A stretch of 61,315 nt of DNA from assembly GCA_011064725.1 (NCBI GenBank), contig JAAKFQ010000003.1, positions 1 through 61,315 of the forward strand, given 5' to 3'. The notes beneath the pieces were generated by a model. That model had not been told where the DNA came from. It did not search any database and saw only the letters and a list, made by a program, of their open reading frames with translations. Position numbers and translations under genes: made by a program. The DNA is from Chlamydiota bacterium. GTDB taxonomy: Bacteria > Chlamydiota > Chlamydiia > Chlamydiales > JAAKFQ01. Positions 53,946 to 61,315 of the stretch are shown one piece after another (within the stretch, counting starts at the first letter, position 1; each line of letters starts with the position of its first letter).

Positions 53946-55535
53946 ATGATTACGCTGGAAGAAATTTCAAAAAACACGCCCGATGGGAAGATTTTATTTG
54001 AAGATGTCACCATCACATTCAATAAAAATACACGCTATGGTCTGACAGGACCCAATGGCTCTGGAAAATCTACCCTGTTAAAAATCATGATTGGTGAGGT
54101 CGAGTCTTCTGGTGGCAAGGTTTTTTTACCTAAAAAAGTGGGCTACTTACAACAAAACATTGAAGACTATGCGCTCGATCGTGTCATCGATGTAGTTATC
54201 CAGGGCAACCCAAGGCTTTGGGAAGTGATGCAAAAAAAAGATGCGCTTTATCTTGTTGAAATGACAGATGAAGTGGGCATGGAATTGGCTCATCTAGAAG
54301 AAATTGTCATGGAAGAATATGGGTATATGGCAGAGCCCCAAGCAGAAGAACTTCTTATTGGCATGGGTGTTGATATAAGTTTTTTTGAAAAACAGATGCA
54401 TACGCTACCCCAAGATACGCAATTTAAAGTGCTTTTGTGCCAAGCACTCTTTGGATCACCTGAAGCTTTGATCTTGGACGAACCTACAAACCATCTGGAT
54501 TTAGATTCCATTAGCTGGCTAGAACATTTTCTAAAATCTTTTGATGGATGTTTGATTGTCACGTCTCATGACCGTCATTTTCTCAACACGATTACCACGC
54601 AAATTGCCGATATCGATTATGAAACCATTATCATCTATCCTGGCAATTATGATGCTATGGTCATGGCTAAAATGGGTGTAAGAAAACAAGCAGAACATGA
54701 AAAACGCTCCAGAGAAAAGAAAATTTCCCAACTTAAAGAATTTATTGAAAAATTTAGGGCAGGAACTAGAGCATCACAAGTCCAATCTAGGATGCGCGAA
54801 GTGGAACGCTTACAACCCCAAGATCTCAAAGAATCCAATATCCAACGCCCCTACATCAACTTTCCAAATCCTGAAAAATCTTCTGGAAAAATTGTGATCA
54901 AAGCAAAGGACCTTGAAAAAAGTTTTGGTGATTTAAATGTCATTGTTAATTTTTCACTTGAAATTGAAAAAGGCGAAAAAATTGGCATCATTGGAAACAA
55001 TGGCAAAGGAAAAACCACGCTTTTAAAATTGCTTTGCCAAAAACTCGACCCAGATAAAGGCAATGTGGAACTTGGACACAATGTCGATATGGGATATTTT
55101 CCACAAAATCATGATGAAGTCTTAGATACAACAAGTACACAAACTCTGTTTGATTATTTAAAGGCCATCAAACCCAATACCTATGATCAAGAAATCCGTG
55201 GGTGTCTTGGAAAGATGCTCTTTTCTGGCGATGATGCATTCAAACCCCTATCGGCTCTATCAGGTGGCGAAAAAGCGCGTTTGATTCTATCTAGCCTTAT
55301 GCTCAAAGAACATAATACACTTTTTTTAGATGAACCTAATAACCACTTAGATCTAGAATCTGTCTCTGCTCTTGCAAAAGGGCTCGAATGCTTTCAAGGC
55401 ACCGTAGTGCTCGTTGCACACGATCGTGATTTGATCCAACATGTGGCGACAAAAATCATCGCTTTTGAAAAAGACCAATTAAAAATCTTCAACGGCACTT
55501 TTGAAGAGTACCTGACAACTGATGTTATGCAATAA
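53946..55535 (+). CDS. ABC-F family ATPase (two nucleotide-binding domains, no TM)
   Basis: GPNGSGKST / ILDEPTNHLD and GNNGKGKTT / LSGGEKARL / FLDEPNNHLD, with an inter-domain charged linker. The last 5 codons and the stop lie inside element B5. Confidence 0.85.
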   Translation: MITLEEISKNTPDGKILFEDVTITFNKNTRYGLTGPNGSGKSTLLKIMIGEVESSGGKVFLPKKVGYLQQNIEDYALDRVIDVVIQGNPRLWEVMQKKDALYLVEMTDEVGMELAHLEEIVMEEYGYMAEPQAEELLIGMGVDISFFEKQMHTLPQDTQFKVLLCQALFGSPEALILDEPTNHLDLDSISWLEHFLKSFDGCLIVTSHDRHFLNTITTQIADIDYETIIIYPGNYDAMVMAKMGVRKQAEHEKRSREKKISQLKEFIEKFRAGTRASQVQSRMREVERLQPQDLKESNIQRPYINFPNPEKSSGKIVIKAKDLEKSFGDLNVIVNFSLEIEKGEKIGIIGNNGKGKTTLLKLLCQKLDPDKGNVELGHNVDMGYFPQNHDEVLDTTSTQTLFDYLKAIKPNTYDQEIRGCLGKMLFSGDDAFKPLSALSGGEKARLILSSLMLKEHNTLFLDEPNNHLDLESVSALAKGLECFQGTVVLVAHDRDLIQHVATKIIAFEKDQLKIFNGTFEEYLTTDVMQ

Positions 55536-55672
55536 ATCTCTTTAGAGGCTTTGTTGAAGGGATAAAATACAAGTACGTCCGACGAATGCAACAAGAGTTG
55601 TGTGAGGAGGAATACGAAGTAGTTTATCCCTTCAGCGAAGCACATGAAGGGATTTATTGCATAACATCAGTT
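55517..55672 (+). mobile_element. family B element, copy B5 (156 bp)
   Basis: Perfect 22-bp TIR aactgatgttatgcaataaatc / gatttattgcataacatcagtt. Overlaps the ABC-F 3' end. Confidence 0.7.
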
Positions 55673-55679
55673 AACCACC

Positions 55680-56339
55680 CTAGTGTGATTTCCAATGTTT
55701 AGCGATGGGGCGATAAGAAAAAATGGATAGGTTTTGGACAAGATTCCTTTTTTGCTCAACCCATTCATAGGTTTCATTATCTTCTAGCCCTATCAAAGGT
55801 TCAAATTCGACTAAAAGTAAATTTTTTGGCGCTGTATTTGTATAATCGATTCTTGGATCATCCAATATTTCAAACCTAAAGGTGACAAAATGATCAGGAT
55901 AATTTAAAATTTCTTCTGTATAATGCGCATCAAATTCATGGTTTAATTCTTCACCGTTTTGAGGCTCTTTCCAATCCCAAAGTTCTACTGTGAGATGACT
56001 ATTGCCCTTCAACAAAGACGTGGTTGAAGGATTTTCTTGTTTTAATTGATACACTCCTAAGCGAATATCATCTAAGACAAAGCCTTGCTCTTGCTCTGAT
56101 AAAATCTGTAACATAGGATCCCTTTGTGCAATTTGTCGAGATAAAAGGGATTCTAAAAATGTCTCATTTTTAATTCCGTAAATGGTGATAAACCTTAAAG
56201 GATCTTGCAAATTTTGATAACGGTATCCAAATTCAAATCCTTTCACGTTCACTTTTTTAGGAAGTTGAAAATAGTAATAATCTTGAAACGCTTCAAATGA
56301 ATGGATTTCTACTTTTGCTTCTGTATATAAAATCAACAT
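55680..56339 (-). CDS. hypothetical protein (219 aa)
   Basis: Clean ORF with no overlapping alternatives. No motif recognised. Confidence 0.5.
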   Translation of the reverse strand: MLILYTEAKVEIHSFEAFQDYYYFQLPKKVNVKGFEFGYRYQNLQDPLRFITIYGIKNETFLESLLSRQIAQRDPMLQILSEQEQGFVLDDIRLGVYQLKQENPSTTSLLKGNSHLTVELWDWKEPQNGEELNHEFDAHYTEEILNYPDHFVTFRFEILDDPRIDYTNTAPKNLLLVEFEPLIGLEDNETYEWVEQKRNLVQNLSIFSYRPIAKHWKSH

Positions 56340-56459
56340 AAATTTTTACTTTAAAATTGTTATAAAGATACGCTTAGCTTGCTTGGCTTTACTTTTTTAT
56401 GATATAACAAAGGTTTAACTTTTGTACCACTTTATTTAAGCATTTGTTACCATGGTCCT

Positions 56460-57143
56460 ATGAATGAGTTGGTTTTTACTCTGCAAATTCTTTGTATCGT
56501 CTTTTTTTTGATCGTGTGTACAAAAATTGGAAAAGGCGCATTGACTGGAATTATTGTCATACAAATGATCTGCGCCAATCTTTTTATCCTTAAACAGATC
56601 AACCTTTTTGGAATGCACGTGACCACATGCGACATGTATGCCATTGGCGCTATTTTGGGCATGAATATTTTACAAGAATATTATGGAAAACAGGCAACTC
56701 ATAAATGTTTGCTCTATTCTTTTATCTGTTTATTCTTTTTTGCCATCATGTCTCGTTTCCATACACTCTACATACCCAATATTTATGATTATACTCATCA
56801 GAGTTATCAAAATATTATTTCCAGAATGCCTCGCATCTTTTTTGCAAGCATCTTTGTCTTTTTCATCACTCAAATGCTCGACATCAAACTTTTCGGGTTT
56901 TTAAAACAACGTTTTGTTTCTCTTAATTTGACCATTAGAATTTTAGGTTCGATTGTTTTTATCCAATTTTTAGATTCTGCTTTCTTTTCATTTTTAGGTC
57001 TCTATGGTCTTGTACATAATTTACGGCACGTCATCTTGGTCAGCTTTATTATAAAACTCATTGTGATTGCGTTTTCTGTTCCCTTCGTACCACTTCTTCA
57101 ACGATGGATCCCCAAAGAAAAAACTACACATGACCTTTTTTAA
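56460..57143 (+). CDS. yhhQ: queuosine-precursor/queuine transporter (YhhQ/DUF165 family)
   Basis: 227-aa polytopic membrane protein with the VFIQFLDSAFFSF block. Overlaps and precedes tgt. Confidence 0.65.
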   Translation: MNELVFTLQILCIVFFLIVCTKIGKGALTGIIVIQMICANLFILKQINLFGMHVTTCDMYAIGAILGMNILQEYYGKQATHKCLLYSFICLFFFAIMSRFHTLYIPNIYDYTHQSYQNIISRMPRIFFASIFVFFITQMLDIKLFGFLKQRFVSLNLTIRILGSIVFIQFLDSAFFSFLGLYGLVHNLRHVILVSFIIKLIVIAFSVPFVPLLQRWIPKEKTTHDLF

Positions 57144-58254
57144 AATACTTCACACTTCTAAAAAATCCAAAGCGCGGGTTGGTGTCATTCAAACACCTCA
57201 TGGCAATATCACCACCCCCAATTTTGTTGCTGTTGGCACCAACGGGACACTTAAGGCTTTAGATAATGTTCTTTTAGACCAATTGGGACAAGAACTTATC
57301 TTTTGCAATACCTACCATCTATTTTTGCAGCCAGGAACCCACGTGATTAAACAAGCAGGCGGCCTGCATTCATTTATCAAAAGAAAAGGTCCTATCATTA
57401 CAGATTCTGGAGGATTTCAAATTTTTAGCCTCGCTTATGGAAGTGTGGCAAGTGAACTAAAATCTAAAGGACAAAAACAACAAAATAAAACGCTTTTAAA
57501 GGTGACCGAAGAAGGAGCCACTTTCCGTTCCTATATCGATGGTAAAACCATTTTTTTATCTCCTGAAATCTCTGTTCAAGCACAAAAGGATTTAGGCGCA
57601 GATATTATTATTCCATTAGATGAACTGCCCCCCTATCATATCAAAGGTATTGATTTAAAAAAGGCACTCGATCGCACACACCGATGGGAACAACGTTCAC
57701 TTGATGAGCATAAAAAAGATCCAAAGGGCCAGCACATGTACGCTGTATTGCATGGAGGAATGGATTTTGATTTAAGGCAACATAGTTTAGATGTGCTGAA
57801 AAAGTTAGATTTCGATGGATTTAGTATTGGAGGCAGCCTTGGTAAAACCAAAAAAGAACTTTTTTCCTTACTTGAATGGTTAGTTCCCAAAATCCCCAAA
57901 GAAAAACCTAACCATCTCCTCGGAATTGGAGATTTAGAATCCGTAGATTTTGCCCTAAAACATGGAATTGACACTTTTGATTCAAGTTATCCGACAAGGT
58001 GTGCGCGTCATGGGATGCTTTTAACCAAACACGCGCCCTTAAAAATCACCCAAGGCAAATACAAATTGGATTTTGGACCCATCGAACATGATTGTGTGTG
58101 CCCTACTTGCACGCATTATTCTCGTGCCTATCTCCATCATCTTTTCAAAGCTAAAGAACTCACAAGCTACACGCTAGCAACGATCCACAATGTCTATTTT
58201 ATGATTCATAAAATGAAACGCATGCAACAAATGATCTTAAACGATGAGATTTGA
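57130..58254 (+). CDS. tgt: tRNA-guanine transglycosylase
   Basis: TPNFVAVGT, DSGGFQ, zinc site CVCPTC..H. ATG 57130 preferred over track start 57067. 14-nt overlap with yhhQ. Confidence 0.9.
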   Translation: MTFFKILHTSKKSKARVGVIQTPHGNITTPNFVAVGTNGTLKALDNVLLDQLGQELIFCNTYHLFLQPGTHVIKQAGGLHSFIKRKGPIITDSGGFQIFSLAYGSVASELKSKGQKQQNKTLLKVTEEGATFRSYIDGKTIFLSPEISVQAQKDLGADIIIPLDELPPYHIKGIDLKKALDRTHRWEQRSLDEHKKDPKGQHMYAVLHGGMDFDLRQHSLDVLKKLDFDGFSIGGSLGKTKKELFSLLEWLVPKIPKEKPNHLLGIGDLESVDFALKHGIDTFDSSYPTRCARHGMLLTKHAPLKITQGKYKLDFGPIEHDCVCPTCTHYSRAYLHHLFKAKELTSYTLATIHNVYFMIHKMKRMQQMILNDEI

Positions 58255-58255
58255 A

Positions 58256-58421
58256 AACCTGAATTTTGGGTTTATTTCACTCATTCTCATGGAGATATGA
58301 CTCTTTCTTCTCTTAGATTTACCTTGGAAATGGCCTTTTGACCATTCCCCGCGGTAAATTTAAGAAAATTTAAGAGAAATCTCCTCATGATTATGAGCAA
58401 ACTAAATCCAAAACTCAGGTT
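58256..58421 (+). mobile_element. family A element, copy A5 (166 bp, internal variation)
   Basis: aacctgaattttgggtttatttcactc... / ...aaactaaatccaaaactcaggtt. Starts 1 nt after the tgt stop. Its last 2 nt are part of the rnz stop codon. Confidence 0.65.
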
Positions 58422-59334
58422 AAAATCCGAATTCCTTTAGATCCTCGGCAGCAAAGGATTCTTTGAAGGTTTTTCTCGCTTCTATTTCAAACACACTCGC
58501 TTCACGGTAGCGCGCTGAAAAATGTGTCAAGACAAGTTTTTTTGCTTGCGCACTTTTGGCCAATGTTGCTGCATCTTGCGCTGTTAGATGTAAGTATTTT
58601 TTGGCTAAATCTTTATGCTCTTGTGTATAGGTACTTTCACATAAAAGTAGATCTACATCTTTTGCAAGCAATACAGCCTTAGGGTTAGAAGCGGTATCTA
58701 AAATCACAGCAATACTTTTGCCCTTTTGCACCCACGTCACATCTTCCAATTTGATGGTTTTGCCGCCAAGCTGCAACATTTTTTCTTCTTCTAAAGCGCG
58801 CACATTGGGTCCTTTGATATTATGTTCTTTGAGTTTTTGTTTATCAAATTTAACGCGATCGTGTTCTTCTACGCGATAACCTAAACAGGTTGTGCCATGA
58901 GACAAAAAATCAGCGTATACTTTAAATGTTGCATCTTCATGAACAAGTCCCGGTTTTTCTATTGGGTGTTCCACCACATGAATAGTTTCATGATAAATGG
59001 TCGAAAAACGCAACTTGTCAAAATATTCTTTTTTATCTGCTGGGAAGTAGCAATGAATGGGATGGGTCACTTTGTCTAAATTTAAACGCATGAGCATTGA
59101 GCCCACACCCAAACAATGATCCCCATGGAAATGAGAAATAAAGATACGTGTCACGTGCGTTGGAGACACATTGGCAAAAATAAATTGCCTTTGTGTCCCT
59201 TCACCTGGATCAAACAATAGACCTTCATCATTCCATAAAAAAAGATACGCACCGTGATTTCTATAACGGGTAGGTTGCTGTGAAGAAGTACCTAAGACAA
59301 TCAGTTTTCGTATGCTCATAGTTTGGGTTTCCAA
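58420..59334 (-). CDS. rnz: ribonuclease Z (metallo-beta-lactamase fold)
   Basis: LGTSSQQPTRYRN, FDPGEGTQRQ, ISHFHGDHCLG (HxHxDH). 304 aa. Confidence 0.8.
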   Translation of the reverse strand: METQTMSIRKLIVLGTSSQQPTRYRNHGAYLFLWNDEGLLFDPGEGTQRQFIFANVSPTHVTRIFISHFHGDHCLGVGSMLMRLNLDKVTHPIHCYFPADKKEYFDKLRFSTIYHETIHVVEHPIEKPGLVHEDATFKVYADFLSHGTTCLGYRVEEHDRVKFDKQKLKEHNIKGPNVRALEEEKMLQLGGKTIKLEDVTWVQKGKSIAVILDTASNPKAVLLAKDVDLLLCESTYTQEHKDLAKKYLHLTAQDAATLAKSAQAKKLVLTHFSARYREASVFEIEARKTFKESFAAEDLKEFGF

Positions 59335-60479
59335 GCAAAAAATTTGAATCGACCAAGCAAGATTCCAACAAGCCCCCCAACAATATGTGCGCTATTTGCA
59401 ATAGGAAGAGGAACTCGAAGAATTGTTGGATTTACAATGGAAAGCACAAATCCCCCAAATTGAACAAGAAGCAAGAAAAGCACATAGATGAGAAAGAAAA
59501 TTAAAATGGAACGCTGAATAGGATAGCCTTCCCAAGGAGCTTTTTTCTTTCTGGAATAAATATAACCTGCAAATGCTGTAATTACACCAGAAAATCCTAA
59601 AAAGAGGGGTCCTGAAATGACATATTGTGCTGTGTTAGATAAAAATGCGGCAATCAAGATTAAAAATAAAAAACGCTTAGAGCCAATTCTTCTTTCTACA
59701 GGAAGCCCTAACACCAAAAGCCAAAGCATATTGAACAATAAATGTAAAAATCCCCCATGTAACAAAATGGGTGTGAAAAAACGCCAGACTTGCCCCTGGC
59801 GAATTTTATAAAAATGGGGATAGCTCAAAGGAACTGATGTATCTTTTTGAAAGTAGGCTTGCAAGATGGTGTAATAACCTTCGAAGTAGCTTCCATTTTC
59901 AATCTGATCTTTTAAATCTTTTTCTTCTTTAGACCAATCTTTTGTTTGATCAAACGGAGAAATTTGAAACTGATCTTGAAACCCCACAATTAAATTAAAT
60001 ATGGGAGGAAAATCAAAAAGCGTCCATTGCATCAATGGAGTGAGAATCACAATATTGGCGTTTTTCCCACGCTCAGAACGAAAAATGGATCCGACTTGAA
60101 TTTGTTGAATCACAAATAACACCGCACACACAAGCAAAAAGAAGAAGGTGACTTTGGATTTTTTAGCTTTGGGTTCTTTGACAGAAAGTCCTTTGGGTGA
60201 GATGGGAGGCGTTTCAAAAAGTGATTGAGAAGAGGTGCTTTTTTCTTCTAAATCTTTTGGAATATCCAATTTTTTATCTTCTGGATTTTTTTGAAATGCT
60301 TCAAAAAGATCTTTTGCTTCATCAAAATCATTTTCATCTACAATCCATATATCAAAACGACTGTTTTCTTTTTCTTGAGCTGGACGAAATTCATACGAAT
60401 GTTCAATCCCTTTTCGATTAAACAAATGCGAGAGTTTTTGTGTCTCTTCTTCTGTTTTTAAAAAACCAATTAAACGCAT
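59316..60479 (-). CDS. rhomboid-family intramembrane serine protease with a cytoplasmic N-domain
   Basis: HLLFNMLWL (H..xN), GFSGVITAFAG (GxSG), HIVGGLVG. Multiple TM segments. Confidence 0.8.
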   Translation of the reverse strand: MRLIGFLKTEEETQKLSHLFNRKGIEHSYEFRPAQEKENSRFDIWIVDENDFDEAKDLFEAFQKNPEDKKLDIPKDLEEKSTSSQSLFETPPISPKGLSVKEPKAKKSKVTFFFLLVCAVLFVIQQIQVGSIFRSERGKNANIVILTPLMQWTLFDFPPIFNLIVGFQDQFQISPFDQTKDWSKEEKDLKDQIENGSYFEGYYTILQAYFQKDTSVPLSYPHFYKIRQGQVWRFFTPILLHGGFLHLLFNMLWLLVLGLPVERRIGSKRFLFLILIAAFLSNTAQYVISGPLFLGFSGVITAFAGYIYSRKKKAPWEGYPIQRSILIFFLIYVLFLLLVQFGGFVLSIVNPTILRVPLPIANSAHIVGGLVGILLGRFKFFAWKPKL

Positions 60480-61006
60480 ACTTTTATTTTCTCTATTAGG
60501 TTGGAGGTTGATAATCCTTCTATCTTATCACAAATGTAGACAACACCCCCATTTTCTTCCACTGTCTTAGCCTCAACGCATTTAGAGCCATATTCTGGAC
60601 CATTGATATGTACATTGGGCTTGATTAAATTGAGCACATCTCTTGGATCTGTTTCATCGAAATAGGAGACATAATCGACAAATTCTAAAGCTGCCATCAT
60701 TTCAACACGATATTTGAGCGGCACAATGGGGCGCAACTTTGATTTGTATTTTTGGATCGATGTATCGCTATTTAAGAGCACAATAAAAACATCGGCGAGT
60801 TGAGATCCTGTAAAAATCATATGCAAATGCCCTGCATGCAATAGATCAAAAGAACCATTGAGTGTTGCAATGGTTTTATTAGTTCTTTTTAAAGCATCGA
60901 CTCTACTTTTTAGCTCTTTTGGATCGATGACTTTTTTTTGGTGCTCGTTTTGCCACTTTTTGATGGGTTTCATTTTTCTTTTTGGGTTGTTTAAATGCAA
61001 TTTCAT
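60470..61006 (-). CDS. cytidylyltransferase-fold nucleotidyltransferase, RfaE/HldE domain II-like (heptose-1-phosphate adenylyltransferase-like)
   Basis: NGSFDLLHAGH (HxGH), NSD.S....K...RP, ALEFVDYV..F.E.DP, NGGVV....EGLSTSNLIEKI parallels HldE domain II as recalled. The start (61006 or 60973) overlaps the lon 3' end. Confidence 0.6.
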   Translation of the reverse strand: MKLHLNNPKRKMKPIKKWQNEHQKKVIDPKELKSRVDALKRTNKTIATLNGSFDLLHAGHLHMIFTGSQLADVFIVLLNSDTSIQKYKSKLRPIVPLKYRVEMMAALEFVDYVSYFDETDPRDVLNLIKPNVHINGPEYGSKCVEAKTVEENGGVVYICDKIEGLSTSNLIEKIKVCV

Positions 61007-61315
61007 AAACTTCTGTATAATAATCTACAAAATGCACCTCTAAGCCTTTTTTCAAATAATCGGGCAATTCATCAAAATCACGTCTATTATCTTTGGGGAA
61101 AATTAAGACATTTGCATGCACTCTTCTAGCTGCAATGACTTTTTCTTTGAGGCCCCCTATTGGCAACACCTTTCCAGTCAGAGTCACTTCTCCTGTCATT
61201 GCAAGATCAGGATGCACAGGTACATTTTTTAATAAAGATAAAAGAGCTGTGATCATCGTCACACCCCCAGAAGGCCCATCCTTTGGAGTCGCTCCTTCTG
61301 GAATTTGCATGTGCA
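60903..61315 (-). CDS. lon: Lon protease, C-terminal proteolytic domain (partial; continues beyond the window)
   Basis: PKDGPSGGVTM active-site Ser block, GEVTLTGKVLPIGGLKEK (Lys). The ORF is open to the window edge. Basic 30-aa tail. Confidence 0.85.
   Translation of the reverse strand, partial: HMQIPEGATPKDGPSGGVTMITALLSLLKNVPVHPDLAMTGEVTLTGKVLPIGGLKEKVIAARRVHANVLIFPKDNRRDFDELPDYLKKGLEVHFVDYYTEVYEIAFKQPKKKNETHQKVAKRAPKKSHRSKRAKK

Noticed and set aside
60903-61006. 71-104-nt overlap between the lon 3' end and the nucleotidyltransferase start as a sign of a frameshift or pseudogene
   Set aside because: Both reading frames are intact, and both proteins have complete catalytic motifs. The overlap involves only the basic non-conserved Lon tail and the non-conserved N-terminus of the transferase. 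It is more likely a genuine overlap or an unannotated downstream non-ATG start.

Overview
AT-rich 61.3-kb window. Gene content and order point to an environmental member of the Chlamydiota. It carries the conserved chlamydial T3SS locus (scc4-like, cdsD-E-F-G-x-N-O-P-Q, pkn5, cdsC), clpP-clpX plus a second clpP, two SWIM-SNF2 helicases, mreB, a CT398-type zinc-ribbon gene, a Pmp-like autotransporter and yhhQ-tgt. Housekeeping blocks flank the injectisome genes: kdsA-lptB, ndk, mreB, tRNA-Gly, tig-clpP-clpX, der, ald-dapF-clpP-glyA, rnpB, a xer recombinase, ABC-F, tgt, rnz, rhomboid and lon. Five things stand out. (1) A terminator-bounded five-gene operon (13.4-19.2 kb) of signal-peptide-less helical/hydrophobic proteins sits immediately upstream of the T3SS core and looks like an extra filament/translocon module in the EspA-EspD-EspB style. 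(2) The secretin is 1671 aa, its periplasmic part is built from about 13 tandem secretin-N modules, and it is followed by translationally coupled lipoprotein and Cys-less YidD-like genes. (3) Two families of ~165-bp MITE-like palindromic elements occupy 12 loci, including one nested insertion with 3-bp duplications and one chimera. Ten of the 12 loci lie within 0-14 nt of stop codons, and in three cases the element supplies part or all of the stop codon. (4) An orphan promoter-hairpin-T9 unit upstream of tRNA-Gly is a candidate sRNA. (5) A 17-bp long-range inverted repeat would sequester the cdsO ribosome-binding site. All family assignments come from motif recognition by eye; no database searches or folding calculations were run.
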